Position numbers and translations under genes: made by a program. A stretch of DNA of 64,000 nucleotides, from NCBI RefSeq assembly GCF_037042905.1, contig NC_087252.1:22074001-22138000 (forward strand). Reading direction: 5' to 3'. Shown here piece after piece: positions 1 to 13,100 of this stretch; position 1 is the stretch's first letter; the number at the start of each line of letters is the position of its first letter. The stretch is from Lytechinus pictus (Eukaryota). Under the pieces are notes generated by a model. It was not told the DNA's origin and searched no databases. It was given only the letters and a program-made list of their open reading frames with translations.

Positions 1-44
1 TACATTCTTAAGATTTCACTGGGCATATACTATATTGGGCCTAT

Positions 45-50
45 ACATAC

Positions 51-135
<85 letters not shown>
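45..135. repeat. (TA)n microsatellite
   Basis: Direct inspection. Confidence 0.95.
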
Positions 136-136
<1 letters not shown>

Positions 137-243
137 AAAAGAAATGGATGAAGAGAACAATGGTTTTCTTCATCCATTTCTTTCACCAAAAATTTAAATA
201 AAAGAGTTGCCAAAGCTGTTGTACATGTATAATTTCAAACATT

Positions 244-271
<28 letters not shown>

Positions 272-274
<3 letters not shown>

Positions 275-979
275 ACTCCTCAAAAAAGTTTTGAAATCTG
301 ACTTTGATCGACAATCCCTCCTTTGTTTTAGTAAATATCAATGTGTAATTAATATTAATGAATAGATCATTTAATTTTCTTTAAAATTATACCCTACATG
401 ATATGATTATGGTTCACATAGAGGTGCAGTGCCTTGAAAAGTGGGGCAAGGTCAAATTTCAAAAGTTGCAAAATGACACAATATTGAAAGTCACTGTTCT
501 TTTTTCAGTGGTGATGAGTGAGTTTCTCGGCGGTTTCTTTTAATTGTTTTCATGCACATTAACATCAACATGAACATGGAATCAAAGACACCTCGGCACA
601 AGCAAACACATAACAAACAAACAAACATGCATGGGTATTTCAAACCACGACTCAAACCATGTTATCTCACAGAATCACCACAGAAGCAGTGGCTTGATTT
701 GAATGGATTTTCATCTCTATTGACACAGACAAAAGAATCATGTTCTGTATTGACCCTTCATGACTATTTCGGCTCGTTTTGCAGCTTTTCAATTCAGACC
801 TCATCCGACACTTTTGAATCCTGCTCTTTTCGTGATGGCATGATCATAACAAGCATGGTATCATTTTACAGAGAATTAAATGATCTTTTGAATGATGTAA
901 AATATGCATTGTGCGACATTGGGAGTTGGGAGAAATTAATGGCCAAACACAGGTTTCCAAACTTTTTTTGAGGGGTTTA
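272..979. mobile_element. Tc1/mariner-like MITE inserted in a TA tract
   Basis: TIRs AAACTCCTCAAAAAAGTTT / AAACTTTTTTTGAGGGGTTT, flanked by (TA)n. Confidence 0.7.
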
Positions 980-1868
980 TATATATATTCTTTCGAACAA
1001 GTTTTCTGAATCTATAAAATATCTATACCTTTTTCAGTGGCGGATCCAGATAGGAAAATGCACGGGCGCAAAGGGAAAATTTTAAAATTAAGTAGAGGCC
1101 GCAAATATAATTTTCTTAGATTTGGCTATATGGTGCTTCTCAAATTGCCTGGAACCGCTGCTTTTTCCATGTATTGGAGAATATCAAGTGAACTGAATAC
1201 CCCGCCCTATATATCACAAGGCATACCACAAAAAAGAAACCCACTTTCAGTGTAAGATTTCACAATTTATTACTTATGGTAAGAGTGGAATCTCATCTTT
1301 AATTTGAGACCAAGTTTAGCAAATCATTCAAGCATGGCAGATTACTACCAATCAGTATTAAGGCATATCAGAAACGATTTGCGCAGAAACTCACGCGTTA
1401 TTCTGAATCCACTCTCATTCCAGGGATCAATGAGAGAATCTCAACAAAGAATAAACAAAAGAAATGCTAATGAGCCAATCGTCGAATAAGCAAGGTTGTC
1501 GTATCACGAACCAGCCTTGTCCAATTTTTCTGCGCAACCTGATTTTGACATTAATATTTCAAACTCGCCTTGCTCATTGATGCGTGAAGTGTTCGTCTCA
1601 TATTAGGTATCAAAATAAAGAGGAATAATTGAATTATATGATTATGTAAATGAAATATCATAATTCATTTGTCTTTGAAGAATAAAGACATGGGAATCCC
1701 GATTTCCTTTTTTTTCTGGGGCGCACTATATAGGTGTTGACGTGTCTACGGCTCAGTGGATAAGCCTCCGTACCTTGAACATAATTATGGTCCGGGGTTC
1801 AAATCTCACCGCATCACTCACGTCCTTTGGCAGTGCGTTTGTCTACAGGTTTGCCACTCTCTACCCAG

Positions 1869-2340
1869 GTGGGTGTTTCATAAAGCTGTTTGTAAGATAA
1901 AAGGGACTTTAAGAACGACTGGTGGTCTTTTCTTGTGGTAAATGGTATTTCATTGGCAATGCTTTAGCGCGTAAGAAAGGATCACCAGTCGTTCTTAAAG
2001 TCGCTCTTAACTTACGAACACTAGCGTACCTACGGGGGGGGGGGGCAGAGGGGGCAGTCTGCCCCCCCTGACGAGCCACAACCCATGCAAAGGACGTATC
2101 CCTGCCCCCCTGACGAGCTTGAAAGACCTTTATTGCCCCCCCCCCCCCCTGACAAGCTTGAAGCTCCTTTTTTTTTTTGCTTGTCAAATTTTTTTCTGGT
2201 ACGAAATCCTTCATTTGTGATCGAAGACCTTTTTTTTTTTTTGCTTGTCAAATTTTTGGGCGGACGGTTTTGCCCCCCCCCCCCCCTGTGAAAAATCCTA
2301 GGTACGCCACTGCTTACGAACAGCTTCATGAAACGGCCCT
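1869..2340. mobile_element. Harbinger-like MITE with CAG TSD
   Basis: TIR core GTTTCATAAAGCTGTT; CAG on both sides; related copies at ~5260-5390 and 19981-20117. Confidence 0.7.
2019..2312. mobile_element. hAT-like MITE with 8-bp TSD CTTACGAA
   Basis: Ends CACTAGCGTACC / GGTACGCCACTG; TSD at 2011-2018 and 2313-2320. Confidence 0.8.
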
Positions 2341-5300
2341 CAGGTGTAGAAAATGGGTATCCGGTAGGAAGGAATTCCTTGAATGCTCAAGTACCTGCAT
2401 GATCAGGATAACCGTGCTAAAGCCGGGATAATAGTATTCTGCGCTTAGAAACATTGTATTAGGCGCTGTAAAATATAGTATTTTAATTTTGCAAATTATT
2501 TTAATATATTATTATTATTATTGTTATTACCATCATCATTATTATTATCATTATTGATACTAATACAATGAAGTCGTGTAGTAGTTTCACGGTACACCGT
2601 GTATCTTTCTTGGGCAAGTGTTCGTGAAAAGGACCACCCAATCTCTATGAAGTCGAGAAAGAATTGTAATGACCGAAATTCTAAAAGCAATATTTAGGAC
2701 GAAGTCAAGTTTATCTGAGAGATTGCAACCAACATGTACGAGTAGTCTAACGAAATTATACATGATCGATGTACATGTATAATTAAATAAAAGTTTGCAG
2801 CACTTGAAGAAGGAAAGACAATTGTTTATTCTCCGTGCCTTTGTACTTAATGATCGTATTCACTCATCCAAGTACCCACGTGTAAAGTTTGCAATATAAT
2901 TAGGGGAATACAATGCTACATGACCGTGAATTCACGCAAGAGCGTTATATGTTTGTCATGGACAGATATTTGAGAAAATGTTGAAGATTTGAAGGCTTAC
3001 AGAAGTAGCTATGAGATGTGTTGCGTGCTTTTCATGTTGTAAAGGGTACCACTGTGAAGGTGCCGAATGATGGTGGAATTTGGTTAGCATGGCGACCTAC
3101 TGCCAATATACTCCGGTGAATATTCATTGTCACATATACGGGAGGAGGCGAAATGGAAAGCAATTTCTTGATTTCCAAATAACCTCCGACATTTATTATT
3201 TTTTAATAAAATAAAAAATTGACAATTTAAACTTTCACAATAAACGTAAAATAATTTTGCTCGAAAGTAAAAGCTTCGCTAGAGAGCTAAAACAAATTTG
3301 GTTACGGACGGACTTTGCAATGTCACTGGCTTTTATCATAATAATATTGTATATCATAATACTATTCTAGGTGGGTTTTTTTTTTCGTTTGTATATTTTG
3401 GTGCATTTTTGATGTTTTTGGTTCACCTCGATATGAGTAATCATTATACTGATAATAATTTTTTAATTAATTTTTGCCACTTCAAATTCCTAAGCTACAA
3501 TTTGGCAATGTGAAATGTAAAATGACTTAGATATATATTATTTTTAATTGAATGAAGCTGAATCTCGATTGCATAATGATAATTATTTGTACATGGAACG
3601 ACCAGCATGAGATATGGAGCACACATTAATGATAATAATAATAATAAAAATGAATAAAAAATGAACTATGTACAGCCAAGATAGCAGTCATAAATGTTAG
3701 GTTGAGCATTCGTTGTCATATTTTTCATCTCTGGTGTTTCTCCTTTTGCCTATACAATTTTCCCCCTTAGAATGCAATCAACTTGTTGCAAAGTGGGGCA
3801 GGTCTTAACAAATTTGATAATTATCTCATTATTAACACTGATATCGCGTATTGTCATCATTCAGGTCATAATTTACTAATTAGTGTTGCATAGACCATTA
3901 TAAAGATCCTCATTTAATATCATAGGTGCCAATTACATCAGATTAATCTATTTTCATTATTCATAGCTCATTAGAGTTCTTCTATAATTTCCCTATTGTT
4001 AGCAGTAACAACTTTAACCCTAAGGGACGTGGGTGTATTTGAGATGTATAGACCAGTTCGTAGTTACTCATTGACAATTTTCGGTCAAATGACCTTTCAT
4101 TTCTTTCATTATGATAGGCAGATTTCAAAGCAAAATATTACGTAAGCTTGCCTCACATAGCAGGATAAAGAAATTGAATAGACCAGGTGACTAGAATAGC
4201 ACACCAATGAACACTTTATTAAGGTATTTGTTGCATTCCTACTTTGAATGCATATCATAGCATGTTGCACAATGTACTTGACAAACTGTGAAAACCAGTC
4301 GTTCGTGGACGCGTTGTCGTTTTTTGTGGATGTAAATGAAAACCACAATTCAAAAGAATATATGAATAATCAAGACATCAAAGTTGGTGCTTATCTCATT
4401 AGATTTTAAACCACCATGTCACTTTAGTACAAATGACCTTCCTCTGATCATGCGTAGAATCTTTTGATCATGCGCAGAAAGGATCCGAACTGGCTTATTG
4501 AGGACTGGGAGGGGGGGGGGGGGCATCGTGCCCCCCCCCCCTTCTGATCTCGGCCGCTGTTCGCACGATTGCGTTGAAATTTGGCACGCACATTCATTAC
4601 CATAAACTAAAAGCCAATATAAAAATTAAAATATCTGAATTAAAAAAATATTTATTATGAATAAAATATGCAAATTTATTCGTGAAAAACATTATTTGCA
4701 TAATTTAACACCCAATTTTTTCTTCTTCCAGATGTCATCTTTGTAATCTTATTTAAAGGTTTCCACAAAGAAAAACTGCGAAAGACAAATTTTTCCTTAT
4801 TTCTATAATTTCCTATGTATTTCATTGTTTTTTAATGGGAATTAATACATTTAACTACTAAATTAAACCCTATTAATTAAGCAGACCAATTAGAATGAAA
4901 ATAATCACCCTTTCGTGAATTTCATCTCCCACAGACTTTGTACACACATAATAAAAAATGAGCTATTTTCGGCATGACATTGTCCCATATTTCTTTGCAT
5001 GTTTGTAAATTGTGATGTATTGTATTTGTACTTTTTATATTGGTCAAATGAATAATAATAATAAAAAGTCACGTGGCGTCGCGACACTATACCCGTACGT
5101 CACGAATTTGGCCTCAAAGGTTGCGCGAAACTTAAAAGAAAAAAAAAATTGCGGCTCTATCTTCTTACGTTTCGGAAATATCACGCGAAGCGTTATTGGG
5201 GGCATGATGTCTTCCTAGGGTTAACATTATTTATATGATTTGGTTGTTTCCAGTGCCTCTGAAAGAACGACTGGTGATCCTTTCTTATGGCGAATGGTAT

Positions 5301-5689
5301 TCATTAGCGATGGTTTTGCGCGTAAGAAAGGATCACCAGTCGTTCTTAAAGTCGCTCTTAACTTACAAACAGCTTTATGAAACACCCACCTGGCCCCCGG
5401 ATTCAAAAAGATTGAAAATCATGTCTAGTTGGAGGAGCACAGACCCTGATTGAAACTGTTTTAAACAAGTAGGTCTTCACACAAAGACTAGCACATATAA
5501 AACTTGCTGTTTCAATTCAGTCATTGTAGGCTTTGCATTCAGACATTTTAACTCGAGTGAAGGGTCTGCACAGCAGTACATGTATGTCATCTTTTTAGTC
5601 TAGATAGATGTTACTCGAATTATATAAGAAAATTGAAAGGTTTGAGGAATTCTGCAACTTCCTTGACTTGCAGTTGGCATCATTGTTAA

Positions 5690-6271
5690 AGGCCAAGTCC
5701 ACCCCAACAAAAAGTTGGCTTAAATAAAAGGAGAAAATCTGACGTGCATAACACTGAAAATTTCATTAAAATCGGAGGTTAAACAACAAAGTTATGACAT
5801 TTTAAACAGTTATATTCACATCCCCGGTGCACATCCTTGTCATTATGCAAATGAGTTGACTGATGATGTCATCCACTTACTATTTCTTTGTATTTCATTA
5901 AATGATATATTTTAATATCTTCCTCATTGTCATGTGAAAAAAAGATTTATTCCTCCCTGAACATGTGAATTACCATTGTCTTAACATTTTTTTGGTTCAG
6001 TCAAGTTGGCCATTATTGCCAAATCTGTAAAAATTGATATATTGTATAATTCAAACAATACATAACAAAAGAAATAGTGAGACATCATCGACTGTGTCAT
6101 TTGCATGTCACTGAGTTGTGCATATAACTGTGTCATGAAAAATAAGCAAAACTTTAAAATTTCATAACTTCCTTATTTTACATCTGATTTTGATGAAATT
6201 TCCAGTTGTTGTGCTTGTTTGATTTTTCTCTATTTATTCAAATCAACATTTTCTGGGATGGACTTGACCTT
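5690..6271. mobile_element. Kolobok-like non-autonomous element (TTAA TSD, AGG termini)
   Basis: TTAA-AGGCCAAGTCCACCCC ... GGACTTGACCT-TTTAA; same family as 11969-14021 and 56129-57275. Confidence 0.7.
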
Positions 6272-6579
6272 TTAAGAGTAAATAAGATAAGTGTGTTGTC
6301 ACTTTATTAGTGGGAATATGTATTAAGACTATATGATCAAATTGTTACACTCTGGGTAAGAAACAAGTGATTTTTCTGGGGAGTGTTTCACGAAACAAAT
6401 AGTCATTGATTATCACTGTCAACTGTTATAAGCTACTGAAATGCATGCATATGATTGGCTAAGTGAAAATTAGTCAGTGAAAAATCAGACTAAACTATAT
6501 TCATGCAACGCTCCCAGGGACCCGAGGTGATGCTATTCAACATGGCCAAGCAGTTTTTTTTCCTTGCTGCAGTATGACT

Positions 6580-6995
6580 TTCACACACACACACCCTCTC
6601 ACAAAAACAAACACAACCTCTCACACAAACACACCCTCTCTCACAACAACACACACTCACCCTCACAAAAACACACACACACACTCTCACAAAAAAAACA
6701 CACACACACCCACACACACCCTCACAAAAACACACACACACCCTCACAAAAAACACACCCACACTCTCACAAAAACACACACACTCCCACTCTCTCACAA
6801 AAACAAACACACACCCCCACTCTCACAAAAACAAACACACACACACCCTCTCACAAAAACACACACACACCCTCACAAAAACACACCCCACTCTCACAAA
6901 AACACACACACTCCCACTCTCTCAAAAACAAACACACCCTCTCACATGAACACACACACCCTCTCACAAAAACACCCACCCACCAACACACACAA
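6580..6995. repeat. CA-rich minisatellite (CTCACAAAAACACACAC units)
   Basis: Direct inspection; explains the His/Thr-rich ORFs here. Confidence 0.9.
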
Positions 6996-7464
6996 AGAAA
7001 TTGCACAAAAATAGTCGTCTATACAGTTCATTCCAGCATATACATATTCATTTTTGCATATAAAACATTTAATTATATCAAGGCTTGGAGGCACATTTAC
7101 ATTGGAAATATATATATATTCTTTGTATAAGTCCTACATGTAAAAGAGGCACATAAACAAATATCTACAGTTGCATGCAGTGTATTAAATATAAATTTTC
7201 AATTTCAGCAATAAAACACATTTGTCTTTACATAAAAATAACAATGAACAGAAAAGAAGTGAAAGCAAAAAATTATCAGTTTTATATATTTTTTTTCATG
7301 ATTATATTTCATAATTGAGATATAGATCTAGCACTTTATTTGACGAACCTTAAAATATGAATATGTGTACTTAACACATGAGTGGAGGAAGACAATTTGA
7401 ATAATTAAAGGTATCAAAGGGGGTACTCCGGGCTTTACATAAAGCAGAGTATTTCAATATTTTA

Positions 7465-9373
7465 TTGATCTACCTTCTAAAATAAGCAAGGAAATTCCTC
7501 CTGTCCAAACATCATACAAAGATTTTATGTCCGTTCAAAATCACTCCTCATCCTTGTATTTTCGACCAACATCTGTTCTTGAAATTTCTAATTTGGTTTC
7601 GACTTTAAAACCATCGAAGGCATGTGGGTCAGATGATATTTCTCCCAAGGTAATAACAAATTGTATTCAATGCATTGTTGATCCCTTATGCCATATTTTT
7701 AATAAGTCCTTGTTCCAGGGTATTGTCCCTGACAAACTGAAAATATCTCAAGTAGTCCCAGTATTTAAAAAAAATGATCGTAAATGCATTGAAAATGCAT
7801 TGAAAATTACAGACCCATTGCGTTGTTATCCATATTCTCAAAAATTCTTGAGAAAATAGTGTACAAAAGATTGGATGATTTCCTTCAACTTCATAATATC
7901 ATGATACCACAACAATTTGGCTTTCAAAAGAATTACTCCACAAGTATGGGCGTTTTGAATTTAGTAAATACCATTATAAATGCAATTGATAGTTGAAAAT
8001 TTTGTATTGGTGTGTTTCTAGATTTATCGAAGGCATTTGATACTATCGATCATGATATATTATTGGACAAGCTTGAGCATTATGGTGTTTGTGGGGTAGC
8101 CTTAAGATGGTTTAAAAATTACTTAAAGAATAGATGTCAGTATGTAATGATTAATGGAGTTAAATCACAATCTAAGGAGGTTAAATGTGGTGTACCCCAA
8201 GGCTCGGTTCTGGGTCCCTTATTGTTCTTGATTTATGTTAATGACATTATAAATTCATCAAAATTGTTTACTTATTCACTATTTGCAGATGATACTTGCT
8301 TACTTTCCCATCACAAAGATATGCATACTCTTATGTTCTCAACTAACAATGAAATTAGAAATACATTTAAATGGTTTTGTTGTAACAAGCTTTTATTAAA
8401 TGCAAGTAGAACCCAATATGTTGCCTTTAGAACAAGGGGTAAAAGAGTTCCTGAAGATACTAATCCATTATCAATTGGTGGCCATCAGATCAATCGAAGT
8501 CAAGATGTAAGGTTTCTGGGAGTTGTAGCTGATGATCACTTATCATGGAAAAATCACCTCAGTTATGTTTGTACTAAGGTATCAAGGAGTGTTGGTGTCA
8601 TTTATAAGTTACGTTTCTCTGTACCTCAGCAGACCTTAGTAACCCTTTACAATGCTATTATGCCACACTTAAATTATTGTAATGTTGCATGGGGAAATAC
8701 ATATAGGAATCATTTAAACAAACTGCTAATTCTTCAGAAGAAAGTTATGAGGCTCATAACATATTCGAATTACAGATGTCCAAGTGTTCCTTTATTTCTG
8801 CAATTGAAAATTTTGCCTCTTGATGATTTAGTCTCCTTCAATTGTTTGATATTTATGTACAAATCACAATCCTCTCAAAACTGTTCATTTTAAAAGATAC
8901 ATTTGTTGTTAACTCAAATGTTCACTTGTACAATACACGGCAGAAAAATCTTATCCACCAACCACTTGCAAGAACAAATACTGCTTTGAATTCTTTTTGA
9001 TAGTTTGTATCAAAGAATGGAATAAGTTACCACAAAGCTTTAGATCCAGTCCAACACTGCCCATATTTAAAAATTCATGTCGAAAATATTCATTTGAAAG
9101 ATTACAAAATATCTTAAACTGAATCTTGATAAACCATATGCGTGTGTGTATGGGTGTGTGTGTGTTTGTATGTATTTTTCTTATTTACTCTCTAGATTAT
9201 CATTTGTATACAGTATATTTTCATCTCATTCTTGTTGTAATGTTCTATATAAGGGGCCCCTGTCACAAGCTCTGCTTCTATGGGGTCCCAAACCTATCAT
9301 GTATTCTCAGTTTTTGTTAAACTGTGTAATATGTCTCTTGTTTTGATTGGTTTAAATAAACTTGAACTTGAAC
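7465..9373 (+). mobile_element. 5'-truncated non-LTR retrotransposon (L2/CR1 group), RT pseudogene
   Basis: RT motifs [68 protein letters not shown]. Frameshift near 7790-7805 and in-frame stop near 7995. Ends AATAAA + (CTTGAA)2 tail. Confidence 0.92.
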
Positions 9374-9584
9374 GTTGTCTTTTCACAAACTCATGGAAAT
9401 GCAAGAACTGTTGCCAAGGCTAGGATAATATGAACCTATTCGGGGAACATACATTTTGTCGTATCTCAACCAAAGCAGGGCAAAATCGCCAAAAATATAC
9501 AGTACAAAAAAATGGCCTCCTTGATTGGGGAAGAGCACTTGCAGCAGGAAATGTTTCTCTGATGCACTCAAGAATAATGATTGC

Positions 9585-10150
9585 CGAGTAGCAATCATCA
9601 TCCACTTGTCAAGCCACTGTGGCATTGTTTGACCTTCGACCTTGTCCAACAGGGTAGAATATTTGGTAAAGTCCCGCACAACTCATAAAATGACCACAGG
9701 TTTATTATCATTAAAATGGCCCTCTGGTGTTATGTCAAGCTGCTTGATCGGAGTAGCAATCATTCATTTGTCGAGCCATTTATATTTGACCTTCGACCTT
9801 GACCAATGGGGTCAATTGTTTGTTAAATTTGTGTGTAATTCATAAAAAGACCCCAGGTTTATTATCATTAAAATGGCCCTCTGGTGTTCTTATGTCAAGC
9901 TGCTTGATCTGAGTAGCAATCATTTATTTGTTGAGCCATTATTATTTGACCTTCGAGCTTGACCCATGGGGTCAAATGTTCAGTAAAGTCGTATGTAACT
10001 AACAAAATGACCTCAGGGCTATTATCATTATAATGGCCCTCTGTTTTTCATCTGTCAAGCTGCTTGATCTGAGTAGCGATCATCATCCATTTGTCAAGCC
10101 ACTGTTGCATCGTTTGACCTTCGACCTTGACCCACGGGGTCAAATGTTGG
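9585..10150 (-). repeat. ~160-bp tandem repeat (about 3.5 units) derived from the HAUS5 terminal exon
   Basis: GTCAAGCTGCTTGATC at 9734, 9894 and 10054; TTTGACCTTCGA in four copies. Confidence 0.9.
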
Positions 10151-10165
10151 GCTGGCTGGTCCCAC
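10048..10165 (-). CDS. HAUS5: HAUS5 last coding exon (WWDQPAQHLTPWVKVEGQTMQQWLDKWMMIATQIKQLDR*)
   Basis: TGCAG acceptor; TGA at 10050-10048; W-rich C-terminal motif as recalled for HAUS5. Confidence 0.9.
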
Positions 10166-13100
10166 CTGCAGTAACGGAAGAACACAATGTGATGATAATG
10201 TATTGATTCTAGAACATCAATTTGAATAAAGCAGCACATCTCAATTCGTGTGTTTCATAAACCATATGCCACCAGCGTTCATTATAGTTCTCCCAATTTT
10301 TTTTTTCCTGAGAGATACAAAATACCATTGGCTGCGAATAAGAATTGAAAAATCAAAAGAATTAATGGACTGAACAATGAAGAATTCTCCGACCTGTGAT
10401 ATAATCTTTCAATTTATCTGTAAAATGATTTCAAAGTTTGAAAGAGAATAAGCTTTAGATTTATCCAGACTTTACACAAACAGTGAAAATAAGTGATTTA
10501 AAAAATGGAAATCCATGAAAAATGAAATACTCCAAAGATTCTTTTTGCCCAATTGATCGTGGGCCCGGCAGCCACTGTGCAGCCCCAGATCGACGAGGCT
10601 CTATCCCTTGAATCATTGAAAGCCAAACAGGGTAGCAGCAACTCCCATAAACATATTTTGGTCTGACGCGACCGGGGCTTGAACTCCTGACCTCTAGCAA
10701 CTGAGTCAACACACCGGTCACCAACACACACAACATTGTTAAATTATGATTTAGAAAAAGAAAATCAACTTTCATGGAGTATGTAACCCATCTAATAAAG
10801 TTTGTGTACTGTTTGGATTAGGATTGGGAATCTTTATGAAAAATAAATGTAATTACTAAAAGGTTGGAAAATGCTACATATACATGAGAATACAATCCAT
10901 GCAAAGATAATTGATTCATTAAAAGGCTGTATAGCTGTTTGCTGCTCTTCTTCTTCCCTGTGATATGAACAGAAGAAGTATTTCATGAATCATCTTGTCT
11001 GTGATTTTCACTGGCAAACTCGCTCAGAGCCAATCAGATGCAAGGATTTCAGTAGCTTTTAACAGCTGGCAGTGAAAACAACCCACTTTTTGTTCCCTGA
11101 AATGCTCCCACATGGATTACCGAATTGATTTTGTCTGTGTTTGTACATGCCAGGAGATGCGTCTACATGACTATTTGCAGATTTGCTTGTGTTGGTTCAA
11201 CAGTGTATTATTGGATTATGATTAATAATATTCACTCAACTCTACAAGAGCAATATGTGCACAGGGGAGGTTCAATGTGTATTAGCATATATCTAAAAGG
11301 GTTGAATTCTGTCTGTAGATCTATTCAGGTTTGAGCAGTCTGAATTGAAAATAAAATCTAAAATACAATTTATCAAATTACAAACCTGGAAGTTTCTAGA
11401 TCCCTCTCTGCAGGGTGTACAAGAAGCTGACAATTAGGTATCTACCTGGACATTATCAAGGCCTTTTTGGCGTGTTTTACACTATTTTCCTTTGCAATTT
11501 AAATTTTTCATCTTTCTGAAACTTAATGGTTGATATTTCTTGGGTATGTGCATTTTAACAAGCGTTTTTATGGCTTTTTTGTGCATGCCCAATTTTCATT
11601 CATTATTTTGTTCATCTATATTTTTTACAATTATGTGCCAACCATAATTTTATCATCACCACTATTTATTTCAGTTATGTTCTGTTGATACCTTTGCTTT
11701 GTTTTATGTTATTTATATTTTCTTTGTGTATATATAATTTTTTTTTCATTTTGTTCTTTTTAATGAATTTGGAAATAAATACTGAATTGAAAAAAATTGA
11801 ATAATTGAAATATTATTAATCTCCACAATATCATCATCATCATCATCACTATCACCACCACCATCATCATCATGTTAATGGTTTGTTGGCTCGCTTGGTA
11901 GTGCGTCTGTATCACAATCAGGTGGTCGGGTGTTCAAGCCCTGGCCGCATCAGACCAAAAGACATTAAAGGTCAAGTCCACCCCAGAAAAATGTTGATTT
12001 GAATAAATAGAGAAAAATCAAACAAGCATTATGCTGAAAATTTCAGCCAAATCGGATGTGAAATAAAAAAGTTATGACATTTTAAAGTTTCGATAATTTT
12101 CCAGAAAACAGTGATATGCACAACTCAGTGACATGCAAATGTCAGTCGATGATGTCCCTCACTCACTATTTATTTTGTTTTTCATTGTTTAAATAATACA
12201 ATATTTCATTTTTTACAGATTTGACAATAAGGACCAAGTTGATTGAATCATATAGTATATTAAACAATGCTAATTCCACATGTTCAAGGAGGAATTAATC
12301 GTTGTTTCACAGGACAACAGGTGGAAAATTTGAATATTTTACATTTCATATAATGAAATACAAAAGAAATAGTGAGTGGGTGATGTCATCACTCTCCTCA
12401 TTTGCATACCGACAAGGATGTGAATATAACTGTTTTGTGAAATTTAAAGTTGAATTAAGAAGACGATTCCAAATATTGAGATATTTACATTAATAGCAAC
12501 CTTACAACCCCCCAAACACTAAGAGGTGATTCGACCCCCCATTTTCTTTTTTCAAAATAGTGAATTTGAACGATTTATCCCTACCCATTTTCCCTGAGTT
12601 CGCTCCTGCAATGCCTACCGAGACGGGTGTTCTTTGAGTGTGACGTCACCGGGGGGTATTTTAGTAAACAAGGCAGTGCCGCTTTGTGTACTATGCACGT
12701 ACGCCTTCATATGGAATAACTGCAGTTGAAGTTGTATCTGCGAGCCATAGAACTTGCAAAGAGGTAATGATTAAAATATTTGTGGCCGTACTATTATTCC
12801 AAATATGTAAATTCCCTCAGAATGATACCATAGACCCTAAAGGAATAATTTCAAGGTGAATAATATGAAATTTGATCGAGATCTTCTCACCAGTCGATAA
12901 CGTAGCAGACGTGTTATTATGACATATTTATCCGCGCGTGACGCGGCTCTTGCAAAAAAACACAGTTGGTTGCGGAATTGCTTTGTTTCGACCGGCCGCC
13001 CGCTCCGGCGCAGCTAGCTGTCGAGCTACCGTACCGCATACCTTTCTTGTTGTCTTCAACCATAGATATGTCTCTCTGTCTTCAACTCACTTGCGAATTG

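Larger units (their letters stand above)
1745..2480 (+). mobile_element. tRNA-derived SINE interrupted by nested MITEs
   Basis: A-box GGCTCAGTGG and B-box GGTTCAAATC; the body resumes at 2341 after the insert. Confidence 0.65.

Noticed and set aside
552..971. 139-aa ORF as a transposase
   Set aside because: Lies inside a MITE and shows no DDE or HTH motif
6490..7130. His/Thr-rich and Val/Cys-rich ORFs
   Set aside because: Translations of a CA-rich minisatellite in several frames
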